DNA from: the human T2T-CHM13v2.0 reference genome, Homo sapiens
NCBI RefSeq assembly: GCF_009914755.1
Contig: NC_060943.1
DNA length: 64,000 bases
Strand: one strand, 5' to 3'
The notes beneath the pieces are model-generated. The model saw nothing but the letters and a program-made list of their open reading frames with translations, did no database searches and had not been told where the DNA came from. The first letter of the stretch is position 1. Each line of letters starts with the position of its first letter. Shown one piece after another: positions 31,501 to 52,341 of the stretch. A program made the translations under genes and the position numbers.

Positions 31501-31749
31501 TGGACCGCCCTGGTGCAAGCAGGCGGTAGCAGGGACAGAGGCAGAGGAGGGGGCACAATCCAGGTCAACTCCGACGGTGTGAGGATTCAGTTGCTCACCT
31601 GGGTCGTTTATACCTTATCTGAGGCTGGCCCTTGCTCTCCTTGCCCCGTCTCCTGCCTGCAAGCCGCACCTGCCTGGGCACATGCAGGGAAGGGAGCGGC
31701 GCAGCACTGGGCACGCCTGGGAGCTCTCCTGCAATCAGGACTTTGTTAG

Positions 31750-32640
<891 letters not shown>

Positions 32641-33749
32641 TGAGGGCACAACAGAGATCTAGACAGACAAAGCCTCTGCCCTCAAGGAGGTGACATTCCA
32701 CTGGGGAGATGAGCAAACACCCGTGCAGTCACTAAGCAACTAAGCAAATCCATAGGCAATCACTAACTTCCTCTGAAGGAAAGAAAACAGAAGGCTGAGA
32801 TTGAGGGTGGCCAGAGGCTGCTTGAGGTGAAGGGGCTCAGCGTAGACCTCTCTGAGAAGGGAGCATTTGAGCTGAGACCAGGAGAGATCTCAAGAGAGAG
32901 CAAGCAGTTAGCTGTTTAGACAGAGGGAACAGAATGTGCAAAGGCCCTGAGGCAGGACTGGGCCAGGTGCATTGGAGGAACAGCGAGGAGGCCCCTGTGG
33001 CTGGAGCAGAGTGAGTGAGGGGGAGAGAGGGAAGAGGGGAGGGCAGAAAGCGGACAGGACAGGTTGTGCAGGGCCTGTGGTCCTAGTCCTCCACTTTGAC
33101 TACTCCCCCAAATCTCTTAATGTTCCTCACATTCCTTTCCCTGACAAGCATTTATTTTGCACCTGCTGTATACCAGATCCTATCAGGAGAATCCCAAATA
33201 TTCATGCAACAAGTTCATATTGGGTGCCTACTGTGTGCCAGGCTCTGCTGGAATAATCACACTCATTTGGCTGCAGGCATTTATTGAGTGCCAGCTGTGT
33301 AAAAGCATTTATCGAGCACCACCTGTGTAGCAGGCTCTGGGGAGAGAGGCCACATGAAAGCTTGGGAAGGAGAAAGTTTCCTTCTACCCCCTTTCAGGTT
33401 TGTGCCCTCTGGTTTCCAGCCCCCTCCCACATTCAAGGCAACATTTAAACCTCTGGGTTCAAGTTCCGTTGTCCAACTGCGTGGCCGTGAGATCTGGGGC
33501 AAGCCCCTTCCTCTCTCGGATCTTCCGTTTCCCCCTTTGTAAAGCAGAACACTCCACAATCTGATGTGTTTACAACTTGACATCTACTTTTTGCAGCAAG
33601 GGAAACTGAGGCACAGAGCAGGGCGGAGATGTGTCTACCTCTCCCTCCCCAAGCAAGACTGGCATGGAGTCTATTTTCCTGACCCCACGCCAAAGCCAGG
33701 GCGTTTGGTATTTTGTTTTTTCTTGGAGGCCCAGAGAGGGGCAGGGCTT

Positions 33750-35480
33750 GCCTGAAGCCACACAGCACCGGGCAGGCCTCGGAATTGCGGAGAGCCCTCC
33801 CCTGGGCGCCTGCCCGGGCTCCCGCGCCTTCCTCCTGCCTCCTTTGGCTGGGCCGCCAGCCTTGCCTCCCGTCCTCCGGACTCCCCGCGGGCTGCCCAGT
33901 TGGAGACGCGCCCCAAGAAATATCAGAAGGAAGGGGAAGCCGGGAGGGGCCTCCGCCTCCTCCCGCCACCCCCCGCCGCGCCCGGCTGCCCCCACCCGGT
34001 GCCCGACATTGGCAGAGAGTGTCCTCGGGCGCTTCCGACTGGCCCTGCCTGCTTCGTGTGGCCACTGATCCCTTCCGGAGCCTCTCCATGGGGACGCCCG
34101 TGTGTGCGCTCAGCCAGTGGCACATGTGGCTCCCGGGGCTCCCTTCTCCACCCCCCCAGCCCCTGGCCTGCCCCTTTCCCCCCATCCCTTCCCGAACCTC
34201 TCCATGGGGACGCGTGCGTGTGCGTTCAGCCCGTGGGCACATGTGGCTCCCAGGGCTCCCCCCGAGGCCTGCCCTTCTCCCCCCCACGTCACAGCCGCCG
34301 AGTCAGGCCTGCCAGGAAGGTGTTGGGGGTGGGGGTGTGGGGAGGCCTCAGCTTGGCTGCTGGAGAAGCCAAGAATTTGCTCCAAATGTAAACAGCGAGT
34401 TATTTTCAGTCCACTCCCCCCCACCCCGGGTGGCGTTGACACATTTGACATTGGCGGGACCGGGAGGGGGTGGGGGTGAGGGTGTGCGTGCGGGTATTTT
34501 TAACCTTGCTCCTCACATCCCTGGAGTGGCTGGTGCCGAGTGGCAGATAATGGGGAGGGGGCGCGGAGGCGTGGGGAGCCCTGGGTGGCCGTGCGCGGGT
34601 GGGCGCTTGGCAAGGCCGCCCTGCTGTTGGCACCACGTGTTTAACCCCTCAGAGGCTGCAGAGGGGCTGGGGGAGGCGGCCCAGGGCCCAGTGGTGCCCC
34701 AGAGGCTCCCTTGTCACCTTCTCCTGGTGTCCCCCCACCCCCACCCCACCCAGGAGGGCAGGGCCGGGTGCCCGAGGCCGGTGCCAGCCTGCGCCGCCCA
34801 GACCTACAAAATGGCCGCCAAGGCCGGAGAAACATCTGGAACAGGGGAAGGGAGAGGCGAGAAAATGGCCGCCAGAGGGATGATGTCATGGGCGGCGTGG
34901 CCTCCCAGAGCGTCCCCAGCACGGGGCGAGTCCCTACGCGCAGGCCTCCGAGCAGGGGCCCTGTGGCCTCCAGGGACCTCCAGACCCGCTGCCCAGGCCG
35001 GACACCCACAAAGAGTGACACCGGGGTCCCCAGGGGTCCCCAGAGGCGGGCCCGAGACCTGGGGGAGGGCGAGGCCAGCACTGGGCCTCCAGTCCCAACA
35101 GCCCGATGCTGGGGACGGTTCCGGGGCGGTGGTGGCCGCTGACCTGACCCGCAGGACACCGAGGCGTCCACCAGCGCCCGGGAGGGCCCGGAGCCAGGCC
35201 ATGGAGCCGGCGGGGGCCGGGTGGAAAGAAAAAAGAAACTTTTCTTTGAAAGTGATTCCGAAGCAGGTTGGCTCCGGCCCAGGCGGCCCGGCGGCAGGGG
35301 AGAGGGAGATGGAAAGTATGGGCCAGACTTAAGGAACGCAGGAAGGACGAGGCCGGGGAGGCCCGGGATGGAGGCCAGCGTCCTGGAGGTCACCCCGTCC
35401 ACGCCTCTGCCTCTCGGGCCCCCCCAGGTCACATCCAGATTTTCCTCCCTGTCCCTGGGGCGGGCGGGGAGTGCGGAGAA
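33750..35480. promoter_or_regulatory. Intronic CpG island / promoter-enhancer-like element in intron 2
   Basis: ~1.7 kb, very GC- and CpG-rich, free of Alus; two AAAATGGCCGCC YY1-type motifs (34808, 34862), GC boxes, E-box CACGTG (~34634) and G-run clusters. Confidence 0.75.
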
Positions 35481-35760
35481 CATCTATGGGCTTGTGTTTT
35501 TTCCTCTTTTGATTTGTCCAGACAGGCGATGGACAAGGGCTGGGCAGGGGTTTTAGGTCATCTGCACTGCCAGGATGTGGAGGCTCAGAGAGGGAGAGTG
35601 CTTTTAGTGAGGTCACACAGCACTGGCAAAACTGACAGCTGCTTCCCTCCTTAGAGCATCTTGGGGAGGAGGAAGTTCTCTATGGAGGATCAGGGTCCGT
35701 ACTGGAATTCCTTTCTATTTTTATTTAATTTAATTTATTTATTTATTTATTTATTTTTGA

Positions 35761-35865
<105 letters not shown>

Positions 35866-35928
35866 TGAGTAACTGGGATTACAGGTGCCTGCCACTACAC
35901 CCAGCTAATTTTTTTGTATTTTTAGTAG

Positions 35929-36605
<677 letters not shown>

Positions 36606-37005
36606 TGATCCTCTTGCCTTGGCTTCCCAAAGTGTTGGGATTACAGCGTGAGCCACTGTGTCCAGCCAATGTCTGTGTGTTTTTCACTGCTCTGTCCCCA
36701 GTACCTAGGACAGGGCATGGTACACAGTAGGCGCTCAAGACGTGTGTTGGATAAAAGCATCACAGTTTTCTCCTGAGGCTGGGGTTGGCACAGATGCTGG
36801 CACAGGAAGGGGGCAGAGGCTCAGGAAATGCAAAGTAGGTTGCAACGTAACTGGACACACACGGGAACCCTGTGGTCACATTTTTCAGGAGGGATGTGAG
36901 GAGGCGAAAACTCAAACTTCCCTCACTTCAAGTGCAGATTCTGTGCCGGGAGCTGTGGACGATAAACCACATTTGAACAGAAGCCTGAATAAAGCGAGAG
37001 AGTGA

Positions 37006-37434
<429 letters not shown>

Positions 37435-38531
37435 TAGTAGAGACGGGGTTTCACTGTGTTAGCCAGGATGGTCTCGATCTCCTGACCTCGTGATCCACCC
37501 GCCTCGGCCTCCCAAAGTGCTGGGATTACAGGCGTGAGCCACCGCGCCCGGCCCAATTGTTTGGTTTTGTTTTTGCTTTGTTGTTGTTGTTTTTGAGATG
37601 GAGTCTCGCTCTGTCACCCAGGCTGGAGTCACTGGTGCAATCTTGGTTCACCGTGCCCTCTGCCTCCCGGGTTCGAGCAATTCTCCTGCCTCAGCCTCCT
37701 GAGCATCTGGGATTACAGGCATGCACCACCACGCCTGGCTAATTTTTGTGTTTTTAGCAGAGACGAGGTTTCCGCCATGTTGGTCAGGCTGAGCTGGAAC
37801 TCCTGACCTTGTGATCTGCTCGCCTTGGCCTCCCAAAGTGCTGGGATTACAGACGTGAGCCACCGCGCCCGGGTGAACTTTCACATATTTGTAGACCCAG
37901 ACACAGTCCAGGGTGCTGGGGACTAGAACAAACGTTTGCAGAAAGGGCTGGGGAGGGTGTTCCAGAGAAGGAGATGTCAGAGCTGGGCTGCAAAGTATGG
38001 CTGGAGGTTTCCTAGGAGGGAGAGGGGCAGGGAAGACGGCACAGCAGGAGCTCAGAGGACTCAGGCCCAGGTCACTCGTATATTCCATTGCCTTCCAGGA
38101 CAGAGAAAGTTGAACCTTCGCCGGGTAATGTTTAAAAATGGCCGGTGACACCCAGTAGCTGGGAATTCCAGGGCCTGGCTTTGGTTCTCTCTTTAGCTGG
38201 CTGAGGTTGGGAGGCGGACGTGGCAGCCGGCAGAGCCAGCAACATTTGGAAGCCGGCTAACGTTGGAAAATCAACCAGGCGAGCTCACGGTGGCGGCCGA
38301 TGCTGGAAACCTGGGCTCCGTGAGGTCCAGCAGATGCCCTGCTGGGGCCCAAGTGGACATTCTAGGCCTTCTGACAGCCCGCCGGGTTTTTAAATAAGTG
38401 TGATTATGGTTTCAGCAAGTCCTGTCCTTCCTACAGCCAAAAGATCAATTCAATATGGCCACTCCGTGCAATGCTGGGCCACCCCTGCTGGGCCAGGGTG
38501 TTGTGTTGAAGCCAAGATTCCCAACACCTGA

Positions 38532-38870
<339 letters not shown>

Positions 38871-39044
38871 TAGCTGGGACTATAGGCGACCGCCACCACA
38901 CCTGGCTAATTTTTGTATTTTTAGTAGAGACAAGGTTTCACCATGTTGACCAGGTTGGTCTCGAACTCCTGACCTTGTGATCCCAAAGTGCTGGGATTAT
39001 AGGCGTGAGCCACCGCCCCTGGCTGACACCCGGCTAATTTTTAA

Positions 39045-39182
<138 letters not shown>

Positions 39183-40148
39183 TGAAAGTCTAAAATGGGT
39201 TGTATCATAGCTCACATCACTCCTCTTCCCACTGCAGGATAAAACCCAGGCCTCTCACTGCAACACACAAGGCCCCGAATGGTCCCGCTCCCCTCTCCGT
39301 TCGTTCCTCTTTCTCTTGCCCACCACGCTGCAGCCTGGGGTCTGTCTCTGCCTTTCACACATCCAACTTCATTCCTGCCCCGTGGACCTTGCCCTTGTCA
39401 CCGAACCTTTGTGGAACGCTTTCACCCCAGCTCTCCACATGGCTGGGCTCCTTCTCCCGCTGGAGAGCCACCGTCACATCCTCAGAGAGGTTCTGCCTGA
39501 GTCCTCCCTCCAACGCCGCCCCCAAAGCCATTCTGCCTTCGGCCAGTTTCATTGCCTCCGTAGAACCTAGAACCGTGTGAAATGATCTGAGGCTTCCTCC
39601 GTGCACTGGTTCTGCCCGTCTCCCTCCCCACTTCCTTCTCTGCCATCCCCCCAAGGCCTGGCGAGTAGTAGGTGGTCAGTAAACACCTGTTCCGTGAGTG
39701 CCGGGTGTGCGTTGACCTCCCAGTCACCAACGGCGGAAGCTTCAGCCAGCGGACGCAGGGAGTTGTCCCTTGCAAAGGGGGTGGGTGCTCCCGGGCGGGA
39801 AGGGTGGGGCCAGAGCCCACGGCGATGCCTTTGTCATGAGCTAGGATGGACTGAATTTGGGCTCACAGCCACGGACAGGAGAGAACAGTGTGTCCGCCCC
39901 GTCAGTGCCATCCAGCGTGCGTGGCTGTTGTGCATCATTTGTTTGCTTGAGCAAAGGCTACAGGGTCCAGTGACATTCTTGGCAGTCCATGACACCTCAC
40001 AGACCTGGGAAGTCAAGAGACCTGGCTCCCGGCCAGATGAGGGTATCATTTGAAATACAATTTGCTGGCCGGCTGCGGTGGCTCGCACCTGTGTTTCCCC
40101 TACTTTGGGAGACAGAGGTGGGAGGATTGCTTGAGCCCAGGAGTTTGA

Positions 40149-40385
<237 letters not shown>

Positions 40386-41343
40386 TAGCTAGGAGAACAA
40401 CAATTTGCTTTCCAGAACCAGAGCCTCTCAACACTAGCATGTGTGTGGTCATCCATGCTAAATGGTGCTGAAAGAGGCATTTGTGTCTCTCTGAGAAGGA
40501 GCTATTTGAGGAAAGTCCTGAATGAGGGGAGAGAATGAGCCATGTAGATAGCTGAGGGAACAGTGTTCCAGGCAGAGGCGCAGCCCGTGCAAAGGCCCTG
40601 AGGCAGGACCATGCCTGGTGTGTTGGAGGAACAGCGAGGAGGCCCCCGTGGCTAGAGCAGAGTGAGGAAGGGGAGACAGGAAGGAGGGGAGGGCAGGGAG
40701 GGGACTGATCGGGCCATGCAGGGCCTTGTGGGCCACGGGAAGAAGGTGGGCTTTTCCCCGCAAAGAAGGTGGGAGCTATGGAGGGCTGCGGGCAGAGGAG
40801 GGGTAATGTTCATTTAACTCCTGGAGTTTGACAAAATGCTATCATCAAAACAGACTTTATCACAGAACCTCTAGCTATCCCCGTCCCCTCCGTAAGCTCC
40901 TCTGAGCATAGCAACAGAACGGGAAGGTAAGGCAGCGATTGGAAACGCCCGCGTTACAGATGAGCGGAGAGCCGCTGGAGGTTGGAGGCTCCGGCAGAGG
41001 AGGTGACTGGTCCAGAGCCACATGGCCAGGTTGTGCTGGGGCTGGAACTCCATCGAACGCAGGTTTCAGGGTGCAGCCCTTGTTTCCATAAGATACCCCA
41101 AAATCAGACAAGCCTGGGACTTGCCACCTCTTCTTTAAAAACCCCAGTGCTGTTTTTGTTTTTGTTTTTTTTGAGATAGGGTCTCCCTCTGTTGCCCAGG
41201 CTGGAGTGCAGTGGCTCAATCATAGCTCACCCACTGCAGCCTCGACCTCCTGGGCTCAAGCAGTCCTCCTGCCTCAGCCTCTTGAGTAGCTGATACTACA
41301 GGTGTGCATCACCACAGCCAGGTAACTTTTTTTTTTAAAGTAG

Positions 41344-41805
<462 letters not shown>

Positions 41806-42005
41806 TGAAAACTCCTCAGTGATGCTGAACCTTTTTGACCTGTGAACCCCAGGTTTGGGTAAAGTCTGCTCACATCCGGCGGCACACCCATAGGAAACCC
41901 CCAGCCCGGCTGTGAGGAGTGTGAACTTTGATTCACCAGGTCCTTGGCCCAGCTTTAGTTTCTCCCGTGTCCGTGTTTGCTTGTGCAATCATGAATATAT
42001 ATTGA

Positions 42006-42517
<512 letters not shown>

Positions 42518-43690
42518 TAGCTGCGACTACAGGATGTGCCACCATGCCCAGCTAATTTATTTTTATTTTTATTTTTGCTAGAGAGAGTGTCTCCTTATGT
42601 TGACCAGGCTGGTCTTGAATTCCTGACCTCAAGCAATCCTCCTGCCAAGGCAATCCTCTCAAAATGCAGGGATTACAGGTGTGAGCCACTGTGCCCAGCC
42701 TGTTCATACGTTTTAAAGAGAGGTGCAGACAAAACTGGGTTGGTGCATCCACATCCCTCTCTGTGTGATGCTGGGTAATTTGCTTACCCTCTCTGGGTAT
42801 CCTGGAGATTGTCAGCCCCAGCCAAGGATGGTTAAAAGGCATTAAACAATACCTAGGACAGAGCCTGACATCTGGAGCTCATTAAACCATCCGTACATGC
42901 AGATGTCGTTATAATTATTATCAATGCTATTCTGTCACTCCACACCCTGACTCCCACCTCAGTGGCCCCAGGTGGGGGTGCTCTGAAATTTCTCTGGCCT
43001 GGCTGAGCGGGAGGGGCCGGGGTTCTGCTGGAATAAAGAACAGAGGAGGAAGCCTTGAAGGATTTGTTCTGTCCCAGCTGTCCCCAGTATCACAGTTAGC
43101 CACACGGATGGCAGAAGGGACCTTTGACAGTGGACACAGGGGCTGGAAGGGCCCAGCCTGGGGCTCACTGCAATCTCCGCCTTCCAGATTCAAATGATCC
43201 TCCTACCTCAGCCTTCCGAGTAGCTGGGATTACAGGTGTGTGCCACCACACCCGGCTAATTTTTGTATTTTTAGTAGAGATGGGGTTTCACCGTGTTAGC
43301 CAGGCTGGTCTTGAACTCCCGACCTCAGGTGATCTACTCACCTCAGCCTCCCAAAGTGCTGGAATTACAGGCATGAGTCACCGTGCCTGGCCTTGGGGCT
43401 TTATCTGACTGGCTAGAGAATGGGATTCAAACACCAGGAATCATCCCAAACCGCCAATGAGAAGGAGCCCTGGAGTGAGGGGAACCGAGACCCCTCCTAA
43501 AAGGATTTACAGGGTGTCACAGAATCAAAATTACAGCAAAGGCTCAACTGTGAGATGCCAGGGTGGCTGATCATTGATTCTAGACCCATCACTACCAGCT
43601 GGTGTTCTGTGAGTTTGAAGCCATTGCTGTCTAGCTTTGTGCCTCAGTTTCCCCAGCTGGCGATTACCGTCCCCCATATGGGGACGGTAA

Positions 43691-44017
<327 letters not shown>

Positions 44018-44337
44018 TGATCCTCCCACCTCAGCCTCCCAACCTCCCTAGCATTTCAACGACCTGAAGTGACCCTCTTGATTTATTTGCTGACTTGTTC
44101 ATTTCCTGTCACGTTCCCATTAGAACATCAGTGCCTCGAGAGGAGGGATTCTTGTCTGTCTCTGTCGCCGCTGTGTCCCTTGGGCGTCTGGCATCCGGGT
44201 GGCTCTCTGCAATCTGTTTGCTGAGTGATCAAAAGAAAGAACTAATGGCAACATAGTGCAGCTCCAATGTACAGATGAAGAAATCCAGGCTCAGAGATGT
44301 GGAAGTACTTGCCCAGGGCCACACAGCCGGAAGCCCG

Positions 44338-45365
<1,028 letters not shown>

Positions 45366-46379
45366 TGAGTAGCTAGGACTATGGGTGCATGCCAGCACAC
45401 CCAGCTAATTTTTTTTTTTTGGTACTTTTAGTAGAGATGGGGTTTCACCATATTGTCCAGGCTGGTCCCAAACCCCTGACCTCAAGTAATCCTCCTGCCT
45501 CGGCCTCCCAGAGTGCTAGGATTACAGGTGTGAGCTCTACCGTGCCCGGCCAAGTGCTTGGTTCTTTCTCGACTCAATCCTATTTTGTTCTACACAGGTC
45601 AGGTCTGCCTCCACTCCCCCAACCCCATGCCCCATTTCACCCATTGGCCTCTGAAGCCCAGAGATGGGCAGGGGTTTGTCTGAGACCACACAGCAAGAGG
45701 GGCAGCAGAGGAGGACGGGAACCCAGATCTGCTTCCCTCCCAGGCTACACCCCTGTAGCCCCCCAACCCCTGCAAACTTGTTATTTAAGCCTCCTCATTA
45801 CAGGGGTTTGGAGCCGAGGAAGCCCTGCTGCCTTTTAGTAAATGCTCTCCCTAGACAGCAATCTTTGATGGAGGCTCTGGGAGAAGTTGTTCAGTGATGT
45901 GCATTTGTCGAGCACCTACTGTATACCTGGTGCCAGTATAGGGTTGGGTGGAAGGGTCTTGTCCACTCAACACCCCTTTTTCTGCCCTATTATTGCCTTC
46001 CCTGGCCAGGCGAGGTGACTGACACCTGTAATCCCAGCACTTTGGATGGCTGAGGCAGGAGGAGCGCTTCAGCCCTGGAGTTTGAGTTCAGCCTGGCCAA
46101 CATAGTGAGACCTCATCTCTACAAAAAAATGTTTGTTAAAAATTAGCCAGATGTAGGGCCACAAGCCTGTAGCCCCGGCTACTTGGGAAAAGAAGGCAAG
46201 AGAATCACTTGAGCCCAGGAGGTCGAGCCTGCAGTGAGCTATGATGACACCACTGTCCTCCATCCCGGGCCACAGAGTGAGGCCCTGTCTCAAAAAAAAA
46301 AAAAAAATCAAGACCATGATTGCCCCCCCATAAAGAGCCCTTTTAAACATTTTTTCCCTAATCACTCTCCTGTGAAATT

Positions 46380-47338
<959 letters not shown>

Positions 47339-47633
47339 TAGGCAGGAGGGTCACTTGAGCCCAGGAGTTAGAGACCGGCCTGGGCAATATAGTGAGACCC
47401 CCATCTCAAAGCAGAACAACAGCAGAACTTCTGAGCTAGACAGACAACTTTGCTTTGAATCTGACACCAGCTTTGGGAAATACGCTGTGCGCACTGGGCC
47501 TTGGTTGACCAACCTTACAAATTGAGCAGATTTAATCAGATGGGGTCAGGAAGTGCTAATTCAGCACAGTAAAAACTCAGCAGATGGAAGCTGCCCACTG
47601 GGGTCTGGGGAATCTTGGGGCTGTGGAAGTTAG

Positions 47634-48006
<373 letters not shown>

Positions 48007-48118
48007 TGATCCGCCCGCCTCGGCCTGTCAGAGTGCTGGGATTACAGGCGTGATCCACCGTGCCCGGCCACCTCTGTTTCTTTTCTTCCAGTTTTTCATG
48101 GAAGCAGCCAGGGCCACA

Positions 48119-48620
<502 letters not shown>

Positions 48621-48821
48621 GCTGTAGAACGTGAGGAGTTTTCAGGAGCCAAATGATGGAAGAATGGTCAGCAGGTGGTTGAGAACTATTCCCAGGTTTT
48701 AGAGATGATTTAAGATGAGACGGCTGGCCGGGCGTGGTGGCTCACACCTGTAATCCCAGCACTTTGGGAGGCCGAGGCAGGAGGATCACTTGACGTCAGG
48801 AATTCAAGACCGGCCTGGCTA

Positions 48822-49004
<183 letters not shown>

Positions 49005-49039
49005 CTAAATAAATAAATACATAAATACATAAGATGAGG

Positions 49040-49425
49040 CAGCCAAATAAAAAGGAAGGAGATTCTGACCAGGCTACTCACATGGGTGAACCTTAAGGAC
49101 ATTAAGCTCAATTGAGAAAAGCCGGACACAGAAGGACAAATACTGCGAGTCCACTCCTAGGAGGTCCCTAGAGTCGTCAGATTCATAGAGACAGAAAGTA
49201 GGTTGGCGGGGTCAGGGGGTGTCGGAGGCTGGGGAGGGGACGGGGAGTGAGTGTTTCATGGGGACAGAGTTTCAGTTTGGGAAGAGTAGGAAGTTCTGGA
49301 GAGGATGGTGGCGATGGCTGCATGGCCATTGGAATGTATTTAATGTCCCTAAAGCTGTGCATGGAAAGTTGGTTCAAATGGTAAATATTATGCGTATTTT
49401 ACCACAATAAGAAATTAAATTAAAA
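49040..49425 (+). mobile_element. L1MB-like 3'-end fragment
   Basis: gacacagaaggacaaatact...attcatagagacagaaagtagg...gggacagagtttcagtttggg...atggtaaatattatgcgtattttaccacaat. Confidence 0.8.
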
Positions 49426-49503
49426 ATTAAAATGAGATGGCATAGATTTATAGCATATTATTTTTAAAACTAAACTAATTTTGACCAGGCATGGTGGTGC
49501 TCA

Positions 49504-49788
<285 letters not shown>

Positions 49789-49844
49789 TTAAAATTAGAT
49801 TAGAAAATTAGATTACAGGTGGCACACACCTGTAATCTCAGCTA

Positions 49845-49998
<154 letters not shown>

Positions 49999-50009
49999 CT
50001 AGGACTATA

Positions 50010-50192
50010 GGAAAAGAAGAAAACTTCCTTAACCCAAGAAAGGGAACTACAAAACCCCACAGCTAACCCCGTACTTAGTGGTGAGAGGCTGGATGTTTTC
50101 TCCTGAGATCAGGAACAAGACAAGGACACCACTTTCCCCATTTCTATTGAACATTGTACTGGAAGTTCTGCCAGACCAATAAGGCAAGAAAA
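50010..50192 (+). mobile_element. Degenerate L1 ORF2 (RT region) fragment
   Basis: ccacagctaac...gagatcaggaacaagacaagga...attgaacattgtactggaagttct...aataaggcaagaaaaga matches L1 ORF2 (GTRQG / FNIVLEVL region). Confidence 0.75.
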
Positions 50193-50715
50193 GAGGCTGG
50201 ACGTGGTAGCTCACACCTGTAATCCCAGCACTTTGAGAGACCAAAGAGAGTGGATCGCTTGAGCCCAGGAGTTCCAGACCAGCTAGGGCAGCATCGCGAA
50301 AACCCGTATCTACAAATAATACAAAAATTAGCCAGATGTGGTGGCGTGTACCTGGGGCCCCAGCTACTTGGGAAGCTCAGATAGGAGGATGGCTTGAGCT
50401 CAGGAGTTCAAGACTGCAGTGAGCCGTGATTGTGCCACCTTACTCCAGCCTAGGTGACAGAGCAAGATCCTGTCTCAAAAACGAAGAAGAGAAAGAGATC
50501 AGCCTGGCTATCATGGTGAAACCCTATCTCTACTAAAAATACAACAAAAATTAGCTGGGCGTGTGGGCGTGGTGGCACGTGCCTGTAATCCCAGCTACTT
50601 GGGAGGCTGGGAATTGCTTGAGCCCGGGAGGCGGAGATTGCAATGAGCTGGATCGTGCCACCGCACTCCAGTCCTGGCAACAAGAGAACAAGAGCGAGAT
50701 TCCATCTCAAAAAAA

Positions 50716-50754
<39 letters not shown>

Positions 50755-52120
50755 AAGATACAAAATAACACCATCAAAGACAGTACCAATAGCGATATTA
50801 ATCAAATAGCAATAGTAGTGAAGCTGCCCTCTGCCTGGTGAAGCACTCACTATGGCAGCCATGGTTCTGGGAGTTTTATTAATAATTCATTCATCACCTT
50901 TTTTTTTTTGAGATGGAGTCACTCTGTCGCCCAGACTAGAGTGCAATTGGCCCGATCTGGGCTCACTGCAAAATCTGCCTCCCGAGTTCAAGAGATTCTC
51001 CTGCCTCAGCCTCCCAAGTAGCTGGGATTACAGGTGCCCACCACCACGCCCAGCTAATTTTTGTATTTTTAGTGGAGACGGGGTTTCACCATGTGGGGCA
51101 GAATGGTCTTGAACTCCTGACCTTAGGTGATCCACCCGCGTTGGCCTCCCATAGTGCTGGGAATACAGGCGTGAGCCACCGCACCCAGCCAATGTTTCAT
51201 TCATTACCATCTTGTCCCTCATAAACAGCTTCCAAGAGGGGGTGCTATAGTTGTGTCCATTTCACAGATGAGAAGAGTGAGGCGCGGATGCATCCGAGGC
51301 CCCGCTCCCTGGCTGCCCGATTCGCAAGCTCATGCTGGGAGCCACCGTGGGGCCTGACACTTAGTAGGTGCCCAAGAAACATTCTCCCTTCCCAGGGAAA
51401 CACCCGGATGCCAGCTGGGCACTGCGGCCTGCTGAGACGCCAGCTGGGCACTGCAGCCTGCTGAGTCTGTGTGGGCTCTGGTTCCGGAAGAGGGTCCTGT
51501 GCCCACGGCCTGGCGCCCGGACGGCCGGCTGCCCAGGCTGGGTCCTTCCCAACGTCATGGCCACCGGTGCCCAGCCTTGAGACAGTCCAAAGGGAACTGG
51601 CCAGCTCCGAGGGGCCGCTGGCAGCCCCAGCCTGGGATCAGCTGCAGGGCTTGGGGCCGAGCTGGGCACACTCCCCTCGGCTGCTGTCCGGCCCAGATGG
51701 CCACGGCCGGGGCAGCCTAGCTGGAGGAAGGGCTTCTCTCGTCTGCTCCTCTGTTTCCTGACGAGGAAACTGAGGCACCGGGCCCTGCTCCTGTGCTGTT
51801 CATGGCATCCTTGGTCTTGGCAATCAGTGGGTGCTGGACACACGGTGTGTGCATAGCCATTAGCACGGCGCCAGGCTAACTCCAGAGGCTCCGTGCGCTA
51901 GGAAATATCATTGCTTTGATCATTCCCACAGCAACCCTGAGAGTGGTCTCCATTTATTTTTTTAAAACAAGGTCTTGCTCTGTCACTCAGGCTGGAGTGC
52001 AGTGGCATGATCACAGCTCACTGCACCCTTGACCTCCCAGGCTCAAGTGATCCTCCTGAGTAGCTGGGACTACAGGTGCCTGCTACCATGCCTGGCTAAT
52101 TTTTTTTTCTTTTTTGTTGA

Positions 52121-52341
<221 letters not shown>

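Noticed and set aside
33713-35332. 539-aa ORF and overlapping long ORFs on both strands
   Set aside because: They lie in a very GC-rich CpG island, have G/P/R/A-biased composition, show no recognisable domain and start at a non-ATG codon. This is expected stop-codon depletion.
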